Positions 39,783 through 52,180 of a DNA stretch of 64,000 nucleotides are shown here, piece by piece. The translations under genes and the position numbers were made by a program. The notes under the pieces were generated by a model, which did not search any database, was not told the DNA's origin, and worked only from the letters and a program-made list of their open reading frames with translations. The stretch covers positions 105,336 through 169,335 of the forward strand of contig CAVWPA010000002.1 in the NCBI GenBank assembly GCA_963756875.1, written 5' to 3'. The number at the start of each line of letters is the position of its first letter. Positions within the stretch are counted from its first letter, which is position 1. The stretch is from an uncultured Verrucomicrobiae bacterium (GTDB taxonomy: Bacteria > Verrucomicrobiota > Verrucomicrobiia > Chthoniobacterales > UBA10450).

Positions 39783-41228
39783 ATGAAAGATCGCCCCTCG
39801 CTCGGTGATACGCCGCTGGATGAATTTCGAAAACAGCTGCGCGAACTGGCAGAATGGGTCGCCGATTATCGGGAACAGATCGAGACGCTGCGCATTTCGC
39901 CTGACGATAAACCAGGCGCGATTCTGGCCGCGCTTCCGGCGCAGCCGCCGGAACAGGGCGAACCGTTCGAAAAAATTCTCGCCGACATCGATCGGCTCAT
40001 TGTTCCCGGACTTGTGCATTGGGCGCATCCGGAGTTCATGAGCTACTTCGGTTGCACAACGACGAATCCGGGCGTCCTGGCCGAGATGATCACCGGCGCG
40101 CTCAATGTGAATGCGATGACATGGCGCACGGCGCCGGCGGCCACGGAGCTGGAAACACTCGTTCTCGACTGGCTGCGACAATGGCTCGGGCTGCCCGAAG
40201 AGTTTCGTGGCGTCGTTTACGACACTGCCTCCATGTCCACCATGCACGCGCTCGCGACGGCTCGTGAAGCAGCGGCGCCAAATACCCGCAAACTGGGGCT
40301 GAGCGGGCGCGACTTGCCTGTCTTTCGGATCTACGCTTCCGATCAGGCGCATAGCTCGGTTGAAAAAGGGGCCATCGCCATTGGCGTTGGAGAAAATAAT
40401 GTGCGGCGCGTTCCAAGCGATTCGTCATTTTGCATGAACGTGGCGGAATTACGCGAAACGATCGTGAAAGACCGGCAGTCAGGTTTTCACCCGATGGCGG
40501 TTGTCGCCACGGTCGGAACAACGTCGACGGCCAGCGTCGATCCGGTCGCGGAGATCGCGCAGGTTTGTCGTGAGGAGAAAATGTGGCTGCACATTGACGG
40601 CGCTTACGGAGCGGGGCTGGCGTTGTTGCCGGAATGCAAATGGATCACCGCCGGCTGGAGCGAGGCCGACTCGATCGTGATCAATCCGCACAAGATGCTT
40701 TTTGTGCCTCTCGATTTCAGCGCGCTCTACCTGCGCGATATCGAGCATTTGCGCCGGCTCTTCACACTTACGCCGGAGTATTTGCATCTGCGCGATCCTG
40801 TTGGCGCCGAAATCAATTACATGGATTACGGCGTGCAACTTGGACGAAGATTTCGTGCGCTAAAAGCGTGGGTTGTCTGGCGGTCATTCGGCCGGGAAGG
40901 AATCGCCGCGCGGATTCGCGAGCATCTGCGACTGGCGCACCTTCTTGCCGATTGGATCAAAGCCGACCAGCGCTTTGAACTGGCTGCGCCCGTAGTGATG
41001 CCGGTCGTTTGTTTCCGGTTTACAGCCGCCGGGAAAGGGAACATCGACCAAATCAACAGCGAAATCGTCGAGCGGATTAACGCCAGCGGTCGCGCGTATC
41101 TGACTCAGACAAAACTGAATGGGCGCACGGCGATGCGGATCGGCCTGGGCAACATTCTTACGACCGGGGAGCATGTGCGGAAAATGTGGGAGCTGATTGG
41201 GAAAACGGCGGATTCAATCGTCCGCTAA
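39783..41228 (+). CDS. PLP-dependent aromatic amino acid decarboxylase family protein
   Basis: HWAHPEFMSYF, QAHSSVEK, TVGTTST, WLHIDGAYG, INPHKM (PLP lysine), LGRRFRALK. Confidence 0.92.
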   Translation: MKDRPSLGDTPLDEFRKQLRELAEWVADYREQIETLRISPDDKPGAILAALPAQPPEQGEPFEKILADIDRLIVPGLVHWAHPEFMSYFGCTTTNPGVLAEMITGALNVNAMTWRTAPAATELETLVLDWLRQWLGLPEEFRGVVYDTASMSTMHALATAREAAAPNTRKLGLSGRDLPVFRIYASDQAHSSVEKGAIAIGVGENNVRRVPSDSSFCMNVAELRETIVKDRQSGFHPMAVVATVGTTSTASVDPVAEIAQVCREEKMWLHIDGAYGAGLALLPECKWITAGWSEADSIVINPHKMLFVPLDFSALYLRDIEHLRRLFTLTPEYLHLRDPVGAEINYMDYGVQLGRRFRALKAWVVWRSFGREGIAARIREHLRLAHLLADWIKADQRFELAAPVVMPVVCFRFTAAGKGNIDQINSEIVERINASGRAYLTQTKLNGRTAMRIGLGNILTTGEHVRKMWELIGKTADSIVR

Positions 41229-41370
41229 ACACGCCAAATAACGCTAAAAGGACTTCCGATCCGGATTGTAGGGCGTCTGTGTCAGACGCCAAAACCCTCT
41301 TCTCTTCCGATTGATTTGCGACGGGACCCGGTCGCCCGTAGAATCCGTCCTTCGAAAGGACCCAAATTTT

Positions 41371-42900
41371 ATGATGAGACTTCTGCGCAAGCACCGGCAA
41401 TGGCTGATGATTGTCATCGCCGTCCTCGCGCTGCCGTTCGTTTTTTATTTTGTTCAAAAACCCGACTACAGCCAGATCGGGCGCGACCAGGCCGGGCAAA
41501 TTTACGGCCACGGTATCTCTTTCATTGATGTGGGGCGCGCGGGCCGTTTGCTAAGCCTGGGCTTGGACCTTGGGATGGAGGATTTTGTGAGGCAGATGAC
41601 GCTCGGCGTGCAGAAGCAGGACCGTGATGAATTCAGCCGCTATTTTGCGGGCAACCTGCTGATCCTTCAACATGAGGCGGACCGCCTCGGCATCCATCCG
41701 GCTTCGGCTGAAATTGTGAATTTCGTCCGCAATCTGCCGGTATTCCGTGGACCTTCCGGATTCGACGCCAAAAAGTACGAAGAGTTCGCCGCGAACGCGC
41801 TCGCACCGAATGGTTTCACCGAGGCGCAGATCGAAGAACTCGTGAGCGCGGACCTTTGTTTCCAACGAATCAAGGAGCTGCTCGCCGCCGGGGTCGCGAT
41901 CCCGCAAGCCCAGGTGAAATCGGATTTCGAAGACTTTTATGGCAGGAATTTTGTAAGTCTGATTCGATTGCACGCGTCCGATATGGCGAAGGAGGTGAAG
42001 GTGACCGATGACGAGGTGCAGAACTATTACGACGCGCACAAGGTCGAGTTGAAGACCGAGGAGAAGCGAAAGGTCGACCTGGCTAAATTTACGCTAAACG
42101 ACGCCGAGAAAAAGTTGACCGGCAGGGAGCGTGTCGATGTCCTGCAAAAATTGCAGGACCGCGCGAGCGATTTTACGCAGGCATTGACGCAAAAAGGGGC
42201 CGATTTCCGCCAGCTCGCCGCGAAGTTCCAGGCGTCTGTTGAAGAGACCGGCGAATTCACGGCGAGTTCTCCCGATCCCAAGCTTAAGGGGAACCCCAAG
42301 CTGAGCGCCGCTGCGTTCCAATTAGCAGAGCAACAATCCAACAGCGATATCATTGAGGAAGAAAACGGATACTACGTTTTGCATCTGGCAGGCATCGCCG
42401 AAGCGCGGCCGCTTACTCTTGCCGAAGCGAAACCGAAGATTGTCGATACTTTGAAGGCCGATCGGGAGCGGCAACTGATTGTGAGCAAAGGCATGAAAGC
42501 GGCGCACGATTTGCGCGAAGGGCTGAAAGCCGGGGAACCGCTCTCGTTCGCCATGGAACAGGTCAATGTGAAGGGCGAAAAAATGGAACCGTTTATCGTC
42601 GCGGACAATTCCGATGCGAAAACTGCCGCGGAGAAAGCGAAAAACGAACCGCCGGAAATGAACGAGATCAAAAACGTAACCGCACAGCTTCAGGCGGGCG
42701 AGGTCAGCGACTTCCTTTCAACGCCCGATGGCGGCATGATCATTTACCTGGAAAAGCGCGAACCGCCGGACAAGGCGACATACGCGCAGAACAAGGCGGA
42801 ATTCGACCAGAAATATCTGCGCAACAAGCGCCAGATTGTTTTCTACGAATGGCTGCATAGCCGGCAGGTTGCGGCCAACCTGCAGTTCGTGAAAAGCTAA
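41371..42900 (+). CDS. SurA N-terminal domain / PpiD-like periplasmic chaperone
   Basis: MMRLLRKH plus TM anchor; PVFRGPSGFDAKKY; VTDDEVQNYYDAHK pattern typical of PpiD. Confidence 0.75.
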   Translation: MMRLLRKHRQWLMIVIAVLALPFVFYFVQKPDYSQIGRDQAGQIYGHGISFIDVGRAGRLLSLGLDLGMEDFVRQMTLGVQKQDRDEFSRYFAGNLLILQHEADRLGIHPASAEIVNFVRNLPVFRGPSGFDAKKYEEFAANALAPNGFTEAQIEELVSADLCFQRIKELLAAGVAIPQAQVKSDFEDFYGRNFVSLIRLHASDMAKEVKVTDDEVQNYYDAHKVELKTEEKRKVDLAKFTLNDAEKKLTGRERVDVLQKLQDRASDFTQALTQKGADFRQLAAKFQASVEETGEFTASSPDPKLKGNPKLSAAAFQLAEQQSNSDIIEEENGYYVLHLAGIAEARPLTLAEAKPKIVDTLKADRERQLIVSKGMKAAHDLREGLKAGEPLSFAMEQVNVKGEKMEPFIVADNSDAKTAAEKAKNEPPEMNEIKNVTAQLQAGEVSDFLSTPDGGMIIYLEKREPPDKATYAQNKAEFDQKYLRNKRQIVFYEWLHSRQVAANLQFVKS

Positions 42901-42924
42901 AGATCGCGCAGGAGCGCGATTTTA

Positions 42925-43050
42925 AACCCAAAATCCCAAACCCCAAGCACCAAAGAATTACCAATCACCAAATTCCAATCCACGCGTGCACCTTTGGGGA
43001 TTGGTGTTTAAAGTTTGGAGCTTCCCTGGGGTTTGGTGCTTGGGGTTTTA
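42925..43050. repeat. Inverted heptamer tracts (CCAAATC/CCAAGCA and TTGGAGC/TTGGTGC)
   Basis: Same type at about 31310-31365, 43468-43522, 45673-45845 and 47040-47197. Confidence 0.75.
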
Positions 43051-43057
43051 AAGAAAT

Positions 43058-43387
43058 ATGCCTTCCCTCGATGAAATTTTCGACGACGCCAACGGCGACC
43101 TTGCGATTGGCGAATTGGAAAGCGCTGTGGAAAAATACCGGCGCTGCGTCGAATTGGATCCGGACTTTTTCGACGGCTGGCACGCACTCGGCATGGCGCT
43201 GATGAAGGTCGGCCGATTTCCGGAAGCGATCGATGCCGGCAAAAAAGCCACCGAGCTCCGGCCTAACGATCAAATTGCCTGGACCAGTCTGTCCCTATTC
43301 TACAATCGTGCCGGCGACATCAAGGAAGCCGAAGCCGCAGGGACAAAAGCGAAGATCCTTGGTTGGGGAGGGAAAATCGCGCAGTAG
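43058..43387 (+). CDS. Tetratricopeptide repeat protein
   Basis: TPR pattern (ELDPDFFDGWHALGMAL, ELRPNDQIAW). Confidence 0.85.
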   Translation: MPSLDEIFDDANGDLAIGELESAVEKYRRCVELDPDFFDGWHALGMALMKVGRFPEAIDAGKKATELRPNDQIAWTSLSLFYNRAGDIKEAEAAGTKAKILGWGGKIAQ

Positions 43388-43406
43388 CGCGACTTAAGCA
43401 GCAAAA

Positions 43407-43467
43407 TTGTAGGGCAGGCGCGTCGCCTGCCGACGTCTAACGGGCAACCGGAGCGGTCGCCCTACAA
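43407..43467. repeat. GTAG REP doublet TTGTAGGGCAGGCG...GCGGTCGCCCTACAA
   Basis: Second copy at 45705-45767; the two copies flank the M13 peptidase gene. Confidence 0.85.
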
Positions 43468-43550
43468 TTGGAGCTTGGGTATGGGTGATTCTCTGGAGCT
43501 TGGATGTTGGTGCCTGGTGCTTCCGATCGGCGTACCGCCGATCGGTTTGG

Positions 43551-45614
43551 TCACCAGATATTCACCCGCTTGTCCGCTGCGCGCACCATCGCTGCGCCAT
43601 CAGGAATGTTAAACGCCTTTTGAAATTCAGGCAGATTCGAGAGCGGCCCGTCCACGCGGTAACGCGCGGGCGAATGCGGGTCGGTGTTCAAACGCAATTT
43701 CAAATCTTCGTCGCGCTGCTTCGATTTCCAGATGGTCGCGAACGATAGAAAGAAGCGCTGATCTTCGGTAAAGCCGTTAATTTTTTTGTCACGCTCCTGT
43801 GGATTTTTATCGAGCGCTTTTTGCAACGCGGCGTAGGCGAGTTTCAGGCCGCCGAGATCGGCGATATTTTCACCTTGAGTCAGCTTGCCGTTGATGTGCA
43901 GCCCCGGCAGCGGCTCGTAGGCATTGTATTGGTCCACGACTTTCTGCGCGCGCTTCTTGAACTCGGCCGCCGATTTCGGCGTCCACCAGTCTCGCAGATT
44001 GCCGGCGGCATCGTATTGCCGGCCCTCATCGTCGAACCCGTGCGTCATTTCATGACCAATGACCGCACCGATTCCACCGTAGTTCACGGCGTCGTCCGCG
44101 TTGGCGTAGAAAAACGGCGGCTGCAAAATGCCGGCCGGGAAAACGATTTCGTTTCTGGTGGGATTGTAATAGGCGTTCACTGTCGGTGGCGTCATTCCCC
44201 AGTCGGTGGGATCGACCGGTTGGCCGATCTTGTTGAAATCTCGTGTGACCGCGAATTTCGCCGCGCGTACTGCATTCAGCACGAATGGGCCGCGATCGAT
44301 CTCCAGCATCGAATAATCGATCCACTTGCTCGGATAACCGATTTTCACCTGCATGGCGGCCAGTTTCTTTAGCGCTTCCTGTTTCGTCGGCTCGTCCATC
44401 CAGTCGAGCGTCTTGATGCGGTCGCGGAGCGCATCCCTCACGTTGTTGACCAGCTCCAGCGCGCGCGCCTTTGCCTGCGGCGGAAAATCATACGCGACAT
44501 ACAATTTGCCCAATGCCTGGCCGACGGACCCATCGGTGGAGGCGATCACGCGTTTCCAGCGCGGCTTAATTTTCTTCGTGCCGTGCATGATCGTCCCGTT
44601 GAAGTGGAAATCTTCGTCCACAAATGCCTTCGACAGCTGGTCGGCGGTCGCGTCGATCAGGTGCCAGCGCAAATACGCTTTCCAATCGTCGAGTGGCGTC
44701 TCTTTGAAGACGGTATCGGCGGTCTTTAAAAATTCCGGCTGATGCACATTGATGTCGGCCGGCTCGTGCACATCGAGGTTCTTGAAGTAATCGCTCCAAT
44801 TCCAGCCCGGCGTGAGGCCTTGGAGCTGGCTCATCGGGATCTTATTGTAGTTCTTTTGCGGATCTCGAAGCTCCACGCGTGTCCGTGAGGCTTCCGCGAG
44901 TTTGGTCTCGAGTGCGAGAATCTTTTTCGCTTCGTCCGTAGCGCTCGCGGACGCGTCGCCCAGGAGCGTCAGCATTTTCGCCACGTGCGCGACGTATTCG
45001 TCGCGCAATTTTTTCGAGGCCTCGTCCGTCTTCGTGTAATAATCGCGGTCCGGCATGCCAAGTCCACCCTGGACGGCTTGCGCGATCTCGCGCGTGCTGT
45101 TCTTGTCGTCCGCTCCGGAGCCGAACCCGAAAAGCACGTCTACACCGATGCCATGCAGGTGCGCGATTTCCTTGAGCAAATCGTTGCGGTCCTTGATCGC
45201 GGCGATGCTTTTGAATTCGTCCGCCAGTGGCTTGGCGCCCGCGGCCTCGACCGTTTTCTCGTCCATCCCGCTCGTGTAATAATTCCCGACCTTCTCCACA
45301 TCCGGCGCCAGTCTCGGGTCGATCTTCGTGGCGGCGGCTTTTTCCGCGACCGCATGCAACGCATCGTTATTTCTCTCGATCAACTGATTGAAACTTCCCC
45401 AGCGCGAGTATTCGGGCGGGATCACCGTCCGTTTGACCCAGCCGCCGTCCGCGTAGGTGAAGAAATCGGTCCCCGGCTTTACGGACGGATCCATATTTGT
45501 TGGATCGAGCGGTTTCGGATGTTTCTCGAACGCGGATGCCGCGGAAGGCGTGTCGGCGCGCAAAGCCAACGCGCCAAAAAGAGCGATTGCGAAAATGGAG
45601 AACGTCTTAATCAT
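43551..45614 (-). CDS. M13 family metallopeptidase (neprilysin/PepO-like), secreted
   Basis: Signal peptide; VNAYYNP, VIGHEMTHGFDD (HExxH), GENIADLGG, DPHSP. Confidence 0.95.
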   Translation of the reverse strand: MIKTFSIFAIALFGALALRADTPSAASAFEKHPKPLDPTNMDPSVKPGTDFFTYADGGWVKRTVIPPEYSRWGSFNQLIERNNDALHAVAEKAAATKIDPRLAPDVEKVGNYYTSGMDEKTVEAAGAKPLADEFKSIAAIKDRNDLLKEIAHLHGIGVDVLFGFGSGADDKNSTREIAQAVQGGLGMPDRDYYTKTDEASKKLRDEYVAHVAKMLTLLGDASASATDEAKKILALETKLAEASRTRVELRDPQKNYNKIPMSQLQGLTPGWNWSDYFKNLDVHEPADINVHQPEFLKTADTVFKETPLDDWKAYLRWHLIDATADQLSKAFVDEDFHFNGTIMHGTKKIKPRWKRVIASTDGSVGQALGKLYVAYDFPPQAKARALELVNNVRDALRDRIKTLDWMDEPTKQEALKKLAAMQVKIGYPSKWIDYSMLEIDRGPFVLNAVRAAKFAVTRDFNKIGQPVDPTDWGMTPPTVNAYYNPTRNEIVFPAGILQPPFFYANADDAVNYGGIGAVIGHEMTHGFDDEGRQYDAAGNLRDWWTPKSAAEFKKRAQKVVDQYNAYEPLPGLHINGKLTQGENIADLGGLKLAYAALQKALDKNPQERDKKINGFTEDQRFFLSFATIWKSKQRDEDLKLRLNTDPHSPARYRVDGPLSNLPEFQKAFNIPDGAAMVRAADKRVNIW

Positions 45615-45904
45615 GAGTAATAAAACTCGAAGGTCGCGCGCTTGTCCAATCATTGCGCGGCAGCGCGATGAAAGCTCCAAATTCCAAGCTCCAACATCCC
45701 AAAATTGTAGGGCGGGCGCTCCGCCTGCCTAATTAGTTACATGGCAACCGAAGCGGTCGCCCTACAACCGGACGTTGATGCTTGGTGATTCTCTGGTGTC
45801 CGCCACAGGACGGATTCGCCATGGCGAACTTGAAAGTTGGTGCTTCCCATCAGCCTGGGGATGGGCTTCCGCCTGCCGAATCAATCTAATTGCCCTATAA
45901 ATAC

Positions 45905-45933
45905 TTGAGCCCGTCTCCCGTAGCACCTAGTCT
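45905..45933 (+). promoter_or_regulatory. Putative leaderless promoter
   Basis: TTGAGC-N17-TAGTCT-N6-ATG; duplicated as TTGAGC-N17-TAGTTT-N7-ATG at 46559-46587. Confidence 0.6.
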
Positions 45934-45939
45934 GTATCC

Positions 45940-46380
45940 ATGACAAAACTAATCAGTTACACAATGACAGCTCTTCTGGCGACGGTAGCCATTTCATTCG
46001 CTGCGCCGGACAAGGCCGCGCTGGAAGCAAAAGAAAAAGCTGCCTGGCAGGCCTTCAAAGACAAGAAGACCGACGACTTCAAAAAGATCATAAACACAGA
46101 GTTTTGCGGCGTCTACGACAGCGGCATCTACAACATGCAAAAAGAGGTGGACGACATGCAAAAGTGGGACATGAAATCCTTTGCGTTGAGCGATTACCAG
46201 ATGGTCGCCGCCGGACGAGGTACAGTCATGACGACTTACACGGTAAAAATCGAGGGCACCTTTAATGGGAAAGACGCCTCCGGTACTTTCAATTGCGGCT
46301 CGGTCTGGAAAAAACAGAAGGACGGGGAATGGCAGCCCATTTTCCATACGAACGTGAAGCAGGCCGCCCCCACCAGCTAA
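45940..46380 (+). CDS. Secreted NTF2-like (DUF4440) protein
   Basis: Signal peptide; EKAAWQAFKDK; SVWKK...WQPIFH. Confidence 0.8.
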   Translation: MTKLISYTMTALLATVAISFAAPDKAALEAKEKAAWQAFKDKKTDDFKKIINTEFCGVYDSGIYNMQKEVDDMQKWDMKSFALSDYQMVAAGRGTVMTTYTVKIEGTFNGKDASGTFNCGSVWKKQKDGEWQPIFHTNVKQAAPTS

Positions 46381-46401
46381 TCACGTCGAGGTAACCGTAT
46401 C

Positions 46402-46529
46402 CTGTAGAGGCCGCCGTCCCGGCGGCAATGGTAGGGACGCCGCGCCGCGGCGTCCCGCAACCTGTGGCTTGGACAGCGCGGCGCACTGTCCCTACCTTGG
46501 GTTTGGCGTCTGACACAGACGCCCTGCAA
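46402..46529. repeat. Cluster of three different GTAG-type REP elements
   Basis: GTAGAGGCCGCCGTCCCGGCGGC; GGTAGGGACGCCGCG...GTCCCTACC; GGCGTCTGACACAGACGCCCTGCAA. Confidence 0.75.
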
Positions 46530-46594
46530 CTGAGATCGGTCGCGTCACCCAATAATGCTTGAGCCCTTCTCCCGTCGGGCATAGTTTTGCGTCT

Positions 46595-47032
46595 ATGACA
46601 AAACTGATCAGTTACACAATGACAGCTCTCCTTGCGACAGTCGCCATTTCATTCGCGGCGCCGAACAAGGATGCCGTTATCGCCAAGGAAAAAGCCGCCT
46701 GGCAGGCCTTCAAAGACAAGAAAGCCGATGAGGTCAAAAAGCTCCTTTCCCCGGAGTTGATGGCGGTTTACTCCGATGGAATCAATACCTTCCAACAGGA
46801 ACTGGATGCGATGGCAAAGACGGACATGAAATCGTTCAGCTTTAGCGATGTGAACGTAGTGTTTCCGGATCCCGCGACTGCCGTCATTACTTATAAGGTG
46901 ACGGTCGAGTCCACTCAGGAAGGAAAAGACATCGGCGGCACGTTCAACGCCGGTTCCATCTGGCGGATGGTCAAGGGCAAATGGTTGGGCGTCTTTCACA
47001 CCGAAGCCAAGGTGGAAGCCGCGACCAAATAG
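46595..47032 (+). CDS. Secreted NTF2-like (DUF4440) protein, paralog of 45940-46380
   Basis: Identical first 23 aa (MTKLISYTMTALLATVAISFAAP). Confidence 0.8.
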   Translation: MTKLISYTMTALLATVAISFAAPNKDAVIAKEKAAWQAFKDKKADEVKKLLSPELMAVYSDGINTFQQELDAMAKTDMKSFSFSDVNVVFPDPATAVITYKVTVESTQEGKDIGGTFNAGSIWRMVKGKWLGVFHTEAKVEAATK

Positions 47033-47292
47033 GATAAAAGCTCCAAATCCCAACTCCGAAATACTTCGCGAGCAGGGCTCCAACATCCAGAGAAGCACCA
47101 AACTTCAAACACCAATCTTCAAAGCTGCGCGCGCGTAAATATTGGGATTTGGTGATTGAAGTTTCATTGGAGCTTGGATGTTGGTGCTTGGTGCTTCCGA
47201 TCGGCGCCTCGCCGATCGGGTCATTCACTTCATTAGACGCGGGTCTTTTGTCCACTTGTCACATGTCACTCGCCACTTTAACGTAGTGCCGT

Positions 47293-47375
47293 AGTGCGGG
47301 GGAGCCGCTATTGGCTGAGACGTCTTGGACGAACCCCTTGAACCTGATGCGGGTAATGCCGCCGAAGGGAGGTCC
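47293..47375 (+). ncRNA. TPP riboswitch aptamer
   Basis: GGGGAGC...GCTGAGA...ACCC-TTGAACCTGATGCGGGTAATGCCGCCGAAGGGA upstream of thiC. Confidence 0.93.
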
Positions 47376-47381
47376 GAGCTC

Positions 47382-47414
47382 GGCCATGCCATGTCCCGCA
47401 TGGCCTTTTTGTTT
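47382..47414 (+). terminator. Riboswitch expression-platform terminator
   Basis: GGCCATGC/GCATGGCC stem followed by TTTTTGTTT. Confidence 0.75.
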
Positions 47415-47419
47415 GTTAG

Positions 47420-47502
47420 CCACAGATGAACACAGATTTTCACAGATCAATGAACCGAATTGCTTCCTGTCTTATCTGTGTTTCATCTGTGTAAATCTGT
47501 GG
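47420..47502. repeat. CACAGAT/ATCTGTG inverted short-period repeat in the thiC leader
   Basis: CCACAGATGAACACAGATTTTCACAGAT...ATCTGTGTTTCATCTGTGTAAATCTGTGG. Confidence 0.8.
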
Positions 47503-47509
47503 CCTGGAT

Positions 47510-49592
<2,083 letters not shown>

Positions 49593-49690
49593 TGCGCATG
49601 TCCATGAATACGGCTTTGAGCGGGAGCGGCCGGATAGATGACATCAAAAGTCACCCGCAGGGCGAGCGTCGCGGGGAGACAAAGCTCGTC

Positions 49691-49822
49691 AAGATCACGG
49701 AGGACGTGAGGAAATACGCAGCCGAACAAGGCTTGTCCGAGGAAGAGGCATTAAAAGCAGGCATGGAACAGAAATCTCGGGAATTCGTAAGTGCCGGCGC
49801 CAAGGTCTACGCAAAAACCTAA
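49691..49822 (+). pseudogene. Duplicated thiC C-terminal tail
   Basis: [32 protein letters not shown]...VYAKT versus [32 protein letters not shown]...VYQKV in thiC. Confidence 0.85.
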
Positions 49823-49978
49823 TGTCTGGGGAGCACAGGCTGCCAGCCTGTTGGTCGCGGCGACTCGCCGCGACGAGCTTTCATCAGAACCAATTCGCGA
49901 AATCCGCGAATTTATGCGAAAGAAATTTTTGCGGCACCGGTTTGTAACCGCGGGAGCCGACGAAATTCCTTCGCCTCA

Positions 49979-50589
49979 ATGACACGCAAACTACTTCTTT
50001 GGGCGCTGATCGCGGTCCCCATCTGTTATTACTTTGGGCTAATCGTTGGTGCGGCGACTTATCCCGGTTACAGCCACATCACCCGTTATGCGAGTGAGCT
50101 CGGCGCTGCCGGCGCGCCATATCCGGCACTGTTCAATGTCTCGATTATGATCGGCGGCGCGTTAGCCGTACTTGCATCGATCGGTCTCGCGATTGCGCTT
50201 CACGATCAAGTGACGGCGGCGGCTGGCTATGGGCCGTTCTGGCTGGAGTCGCTCTGGCCTGCTGGGGCGCCTCCATGGTAATGGGCGGAATGTTTCCGAT
50301 GCCCGACCCGCGTCACGGCGGGCTTGGGCTCGGTCTTTCGGCACCTCTTGTGCCGTTGTTCGCGTTGCTGGCAATTCGAAAACTTCCGAACGCGACCGGA
50401 ATGAAGCTCTTTCTCGCCTTTATCTTTCTCGGGTCGTTGATCGTGCTGGCGATCATGTTCGGCGTGGGACACCTGGTCACGCGTCACAACGTCGGAATTT
50501 GGCAGCGGATCAACTCCGGAATCTCCATTCCCTGGTTCGCGGTGCTCGGGTGTTGGCTGCTCACTCGCGCGCGAAAGAAATGGGTGTAG
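49979..50589 (+). CDS. DUF998-like membrane protein (apparent frameshift at about 50209)
   Basis: YPGYSHITRYASELGA...FN in the first ORF; GMFP and GIWQRI in the second. Confidence 0.7.
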
Positions 50590-50768
50590 AGGCGCCCGTC
50601 TCGGGTGCAATGCCAGTCCGGCCTCGGGCTCGCGGGTGTCTCACCGCGACGAACGTTCCGATGTTCTGCAGAAGGGTCCTAAAGGATTCTTTCAGACCCC
50701 ATTTTCCCGCGCATCGTGGACGATCTCTATCGTTCGCGGTCATTTTTCTGATAGATTAAGGTACGCCC

Positions 50769-51437
50769 ATGGCTGATTCATCAGTTACAGAAAAACGACG
50801 ACTGGCTGCACCGTGCGTGACGCCGCAGGCGCTGGCCTGGGACGGGAAACAGCTTTGGCTCAGCTCGCGCGATCTAGGCACGCTCTATCGAACCAACAAC
50901 GGTGACGGATTGAAGATTGTCGAGGAAATCGATCCGCCGGGAACGGTATGGGCGGCGGTGCTGACAAACCGCGGCTGGCGGTTCACGATCGGCAAAGGAT
51001 TAAATGACGACCGCTACGTCTATAGTTATACTGCGGCCGACGGGTTCAGGAAGTTGTTTGCCTGCCCGGAATTTACCGGCTCCTATCTCAGCTTCGACGG
51101 CGAACATCTGTACCTGAGCCAATGGTACAAAGGACAGATCCATCGGATGGACGATTCAGGAACCATTTCGCGCACGATTGACGTCGGCGCGGAAATATGC
51201 GGGCACACATTCGTCGATGGGACGCTCTATGTGCTGCGTGGGCGCGAGAACAAGGACATTCCAAACAGAGGAGAGGAATGGCACATCGCCCGCCTCGATC
51301 CTGAGAAAGAAACACCGGAGGTAAAAGACCTCGCGGAGATTCCATTCGCATCGCGGTCGCTAGCGTTCGACGGCGAGTTCTTCTGGTCGAATCATCGCGC
51401 CGGAAACGAGACGATCGCGTTTGCCATCCCTGACTAA
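50769..51437 (+). CDS. Hypothetical beta-propeller protein (glutamine cyclotransferase-like repeats)
   Basis: Repeated LAWDGKQLW / LSFDGEHLY / LAFDGEFFW blades; TAAGGT-N6-ATG upstream. Confidence 0.7.
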   Translation: MADSSVTEKRRLAAPCVTPQALAWDGKQLWLSSRDLGTLYRTNNGDGLKIVEEIDPPGTVWAAVLTNRGWRFTIGKGLNDDRYVYSYTAADGFRKLFACPEFTGSYLSFDGEHLYLSQWYKGQIHRMDDSGTISRTIDVGAEICGHTFVDGTLYVLRGRENKDIPNRGEEWHIARLDPEKETPEVKDLAEIPFASRSLAFDGEFFWSNHRAGNETIAFAIPD

Positions 51438-51545
51438 CGAATGGCAAGATCCCCAGGTTCACAAAGGCCGAATTCGATGCGATGAAAAAAAGGAAAAGAA
51501 GAAATGAATTTGGAGCAATCTTCTCGATGCCTCTCGCGTCCTCCA

Positions 51546-51571
51546 AATGTCAAAAATATAGATGCGACCCC
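51546..51571 (-). repeat. GGGGTC-type terminal inverted repeat (right-end orientation)
   Basis: AATGTCAAAAATATAGATGCGACCCC; 25 bp identical to 53778-53802. Confidence 0.85.
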
Positions 51572-51629
51572 ATTATTTTCCATTTTCCTAACGACCTGAT
51601 GTCAGGAGAGGGGACCGATTATCGAAGAG

Positions 51630-52013
51630 ATGGACGAGCATAATATTCGCGCGGCGATAGATCGACATTGGGCCGCCTCCGCCGCGGGCGATCAAGTGGG
51701 CGAACACGAAATCTATCACGATGACGTTGTCTGCGAGTACCCACAGTCAGGCGAGATAATTTATGGTCGCCAAAATCTGCAGGCGTTGCGTAGCCACCAC
51801 CCTGATAAGCCATCTGAGTTTACCGTCAGGCGGATCGTAGGAGAAGGTAAGCTCTGGGTTAGCGAGTACGTGATTAACTACGGCGGCAAACGTCTCTTTA
51901 CCGTGAGTGTCATGGAGTTTCGAGACGGAAGAGTGTCGCACGAGACACAATATTTCGCCGATTCATTTGATGCTCCTGCCTGGCGCGCCCAATGGGTCGG
52001 GCGCGCGCTATGA
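51630..52013 (+). CDS. SnoaL-like / NTF2 family protein
   Basis: EIYHDDVVCEYPQSGE, FRDGRVSHETQYF. Confidence 0.85.
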   Translation: MDEHNIRAAIDRHWAASAAGDQVGEHEIYHDDVVCEYPQSGEIIYGRQNLQALRSHHPDKPSEFTVRRIVGEGKLWVSEYVINYGGKRLFTVSVMEFRDGRVSHETQYFADSFDAPAWRAQWVGRAL

Positions 52014-52180
52014 TTCACCGAGACATTCCCGCAATGCTAGGACCGACGAGCGATGAGCGGAGGCGAACCGGTTCGCGGCTTCCTGCAGCACAGTTGTAAC
52101 TTTACTTTCCTGCCAAGGTCTGAATAATTTACTCAGCGCGAGGTTCGTCAGGCGTCTCCGCAAATCACTCCGCTAATTCG

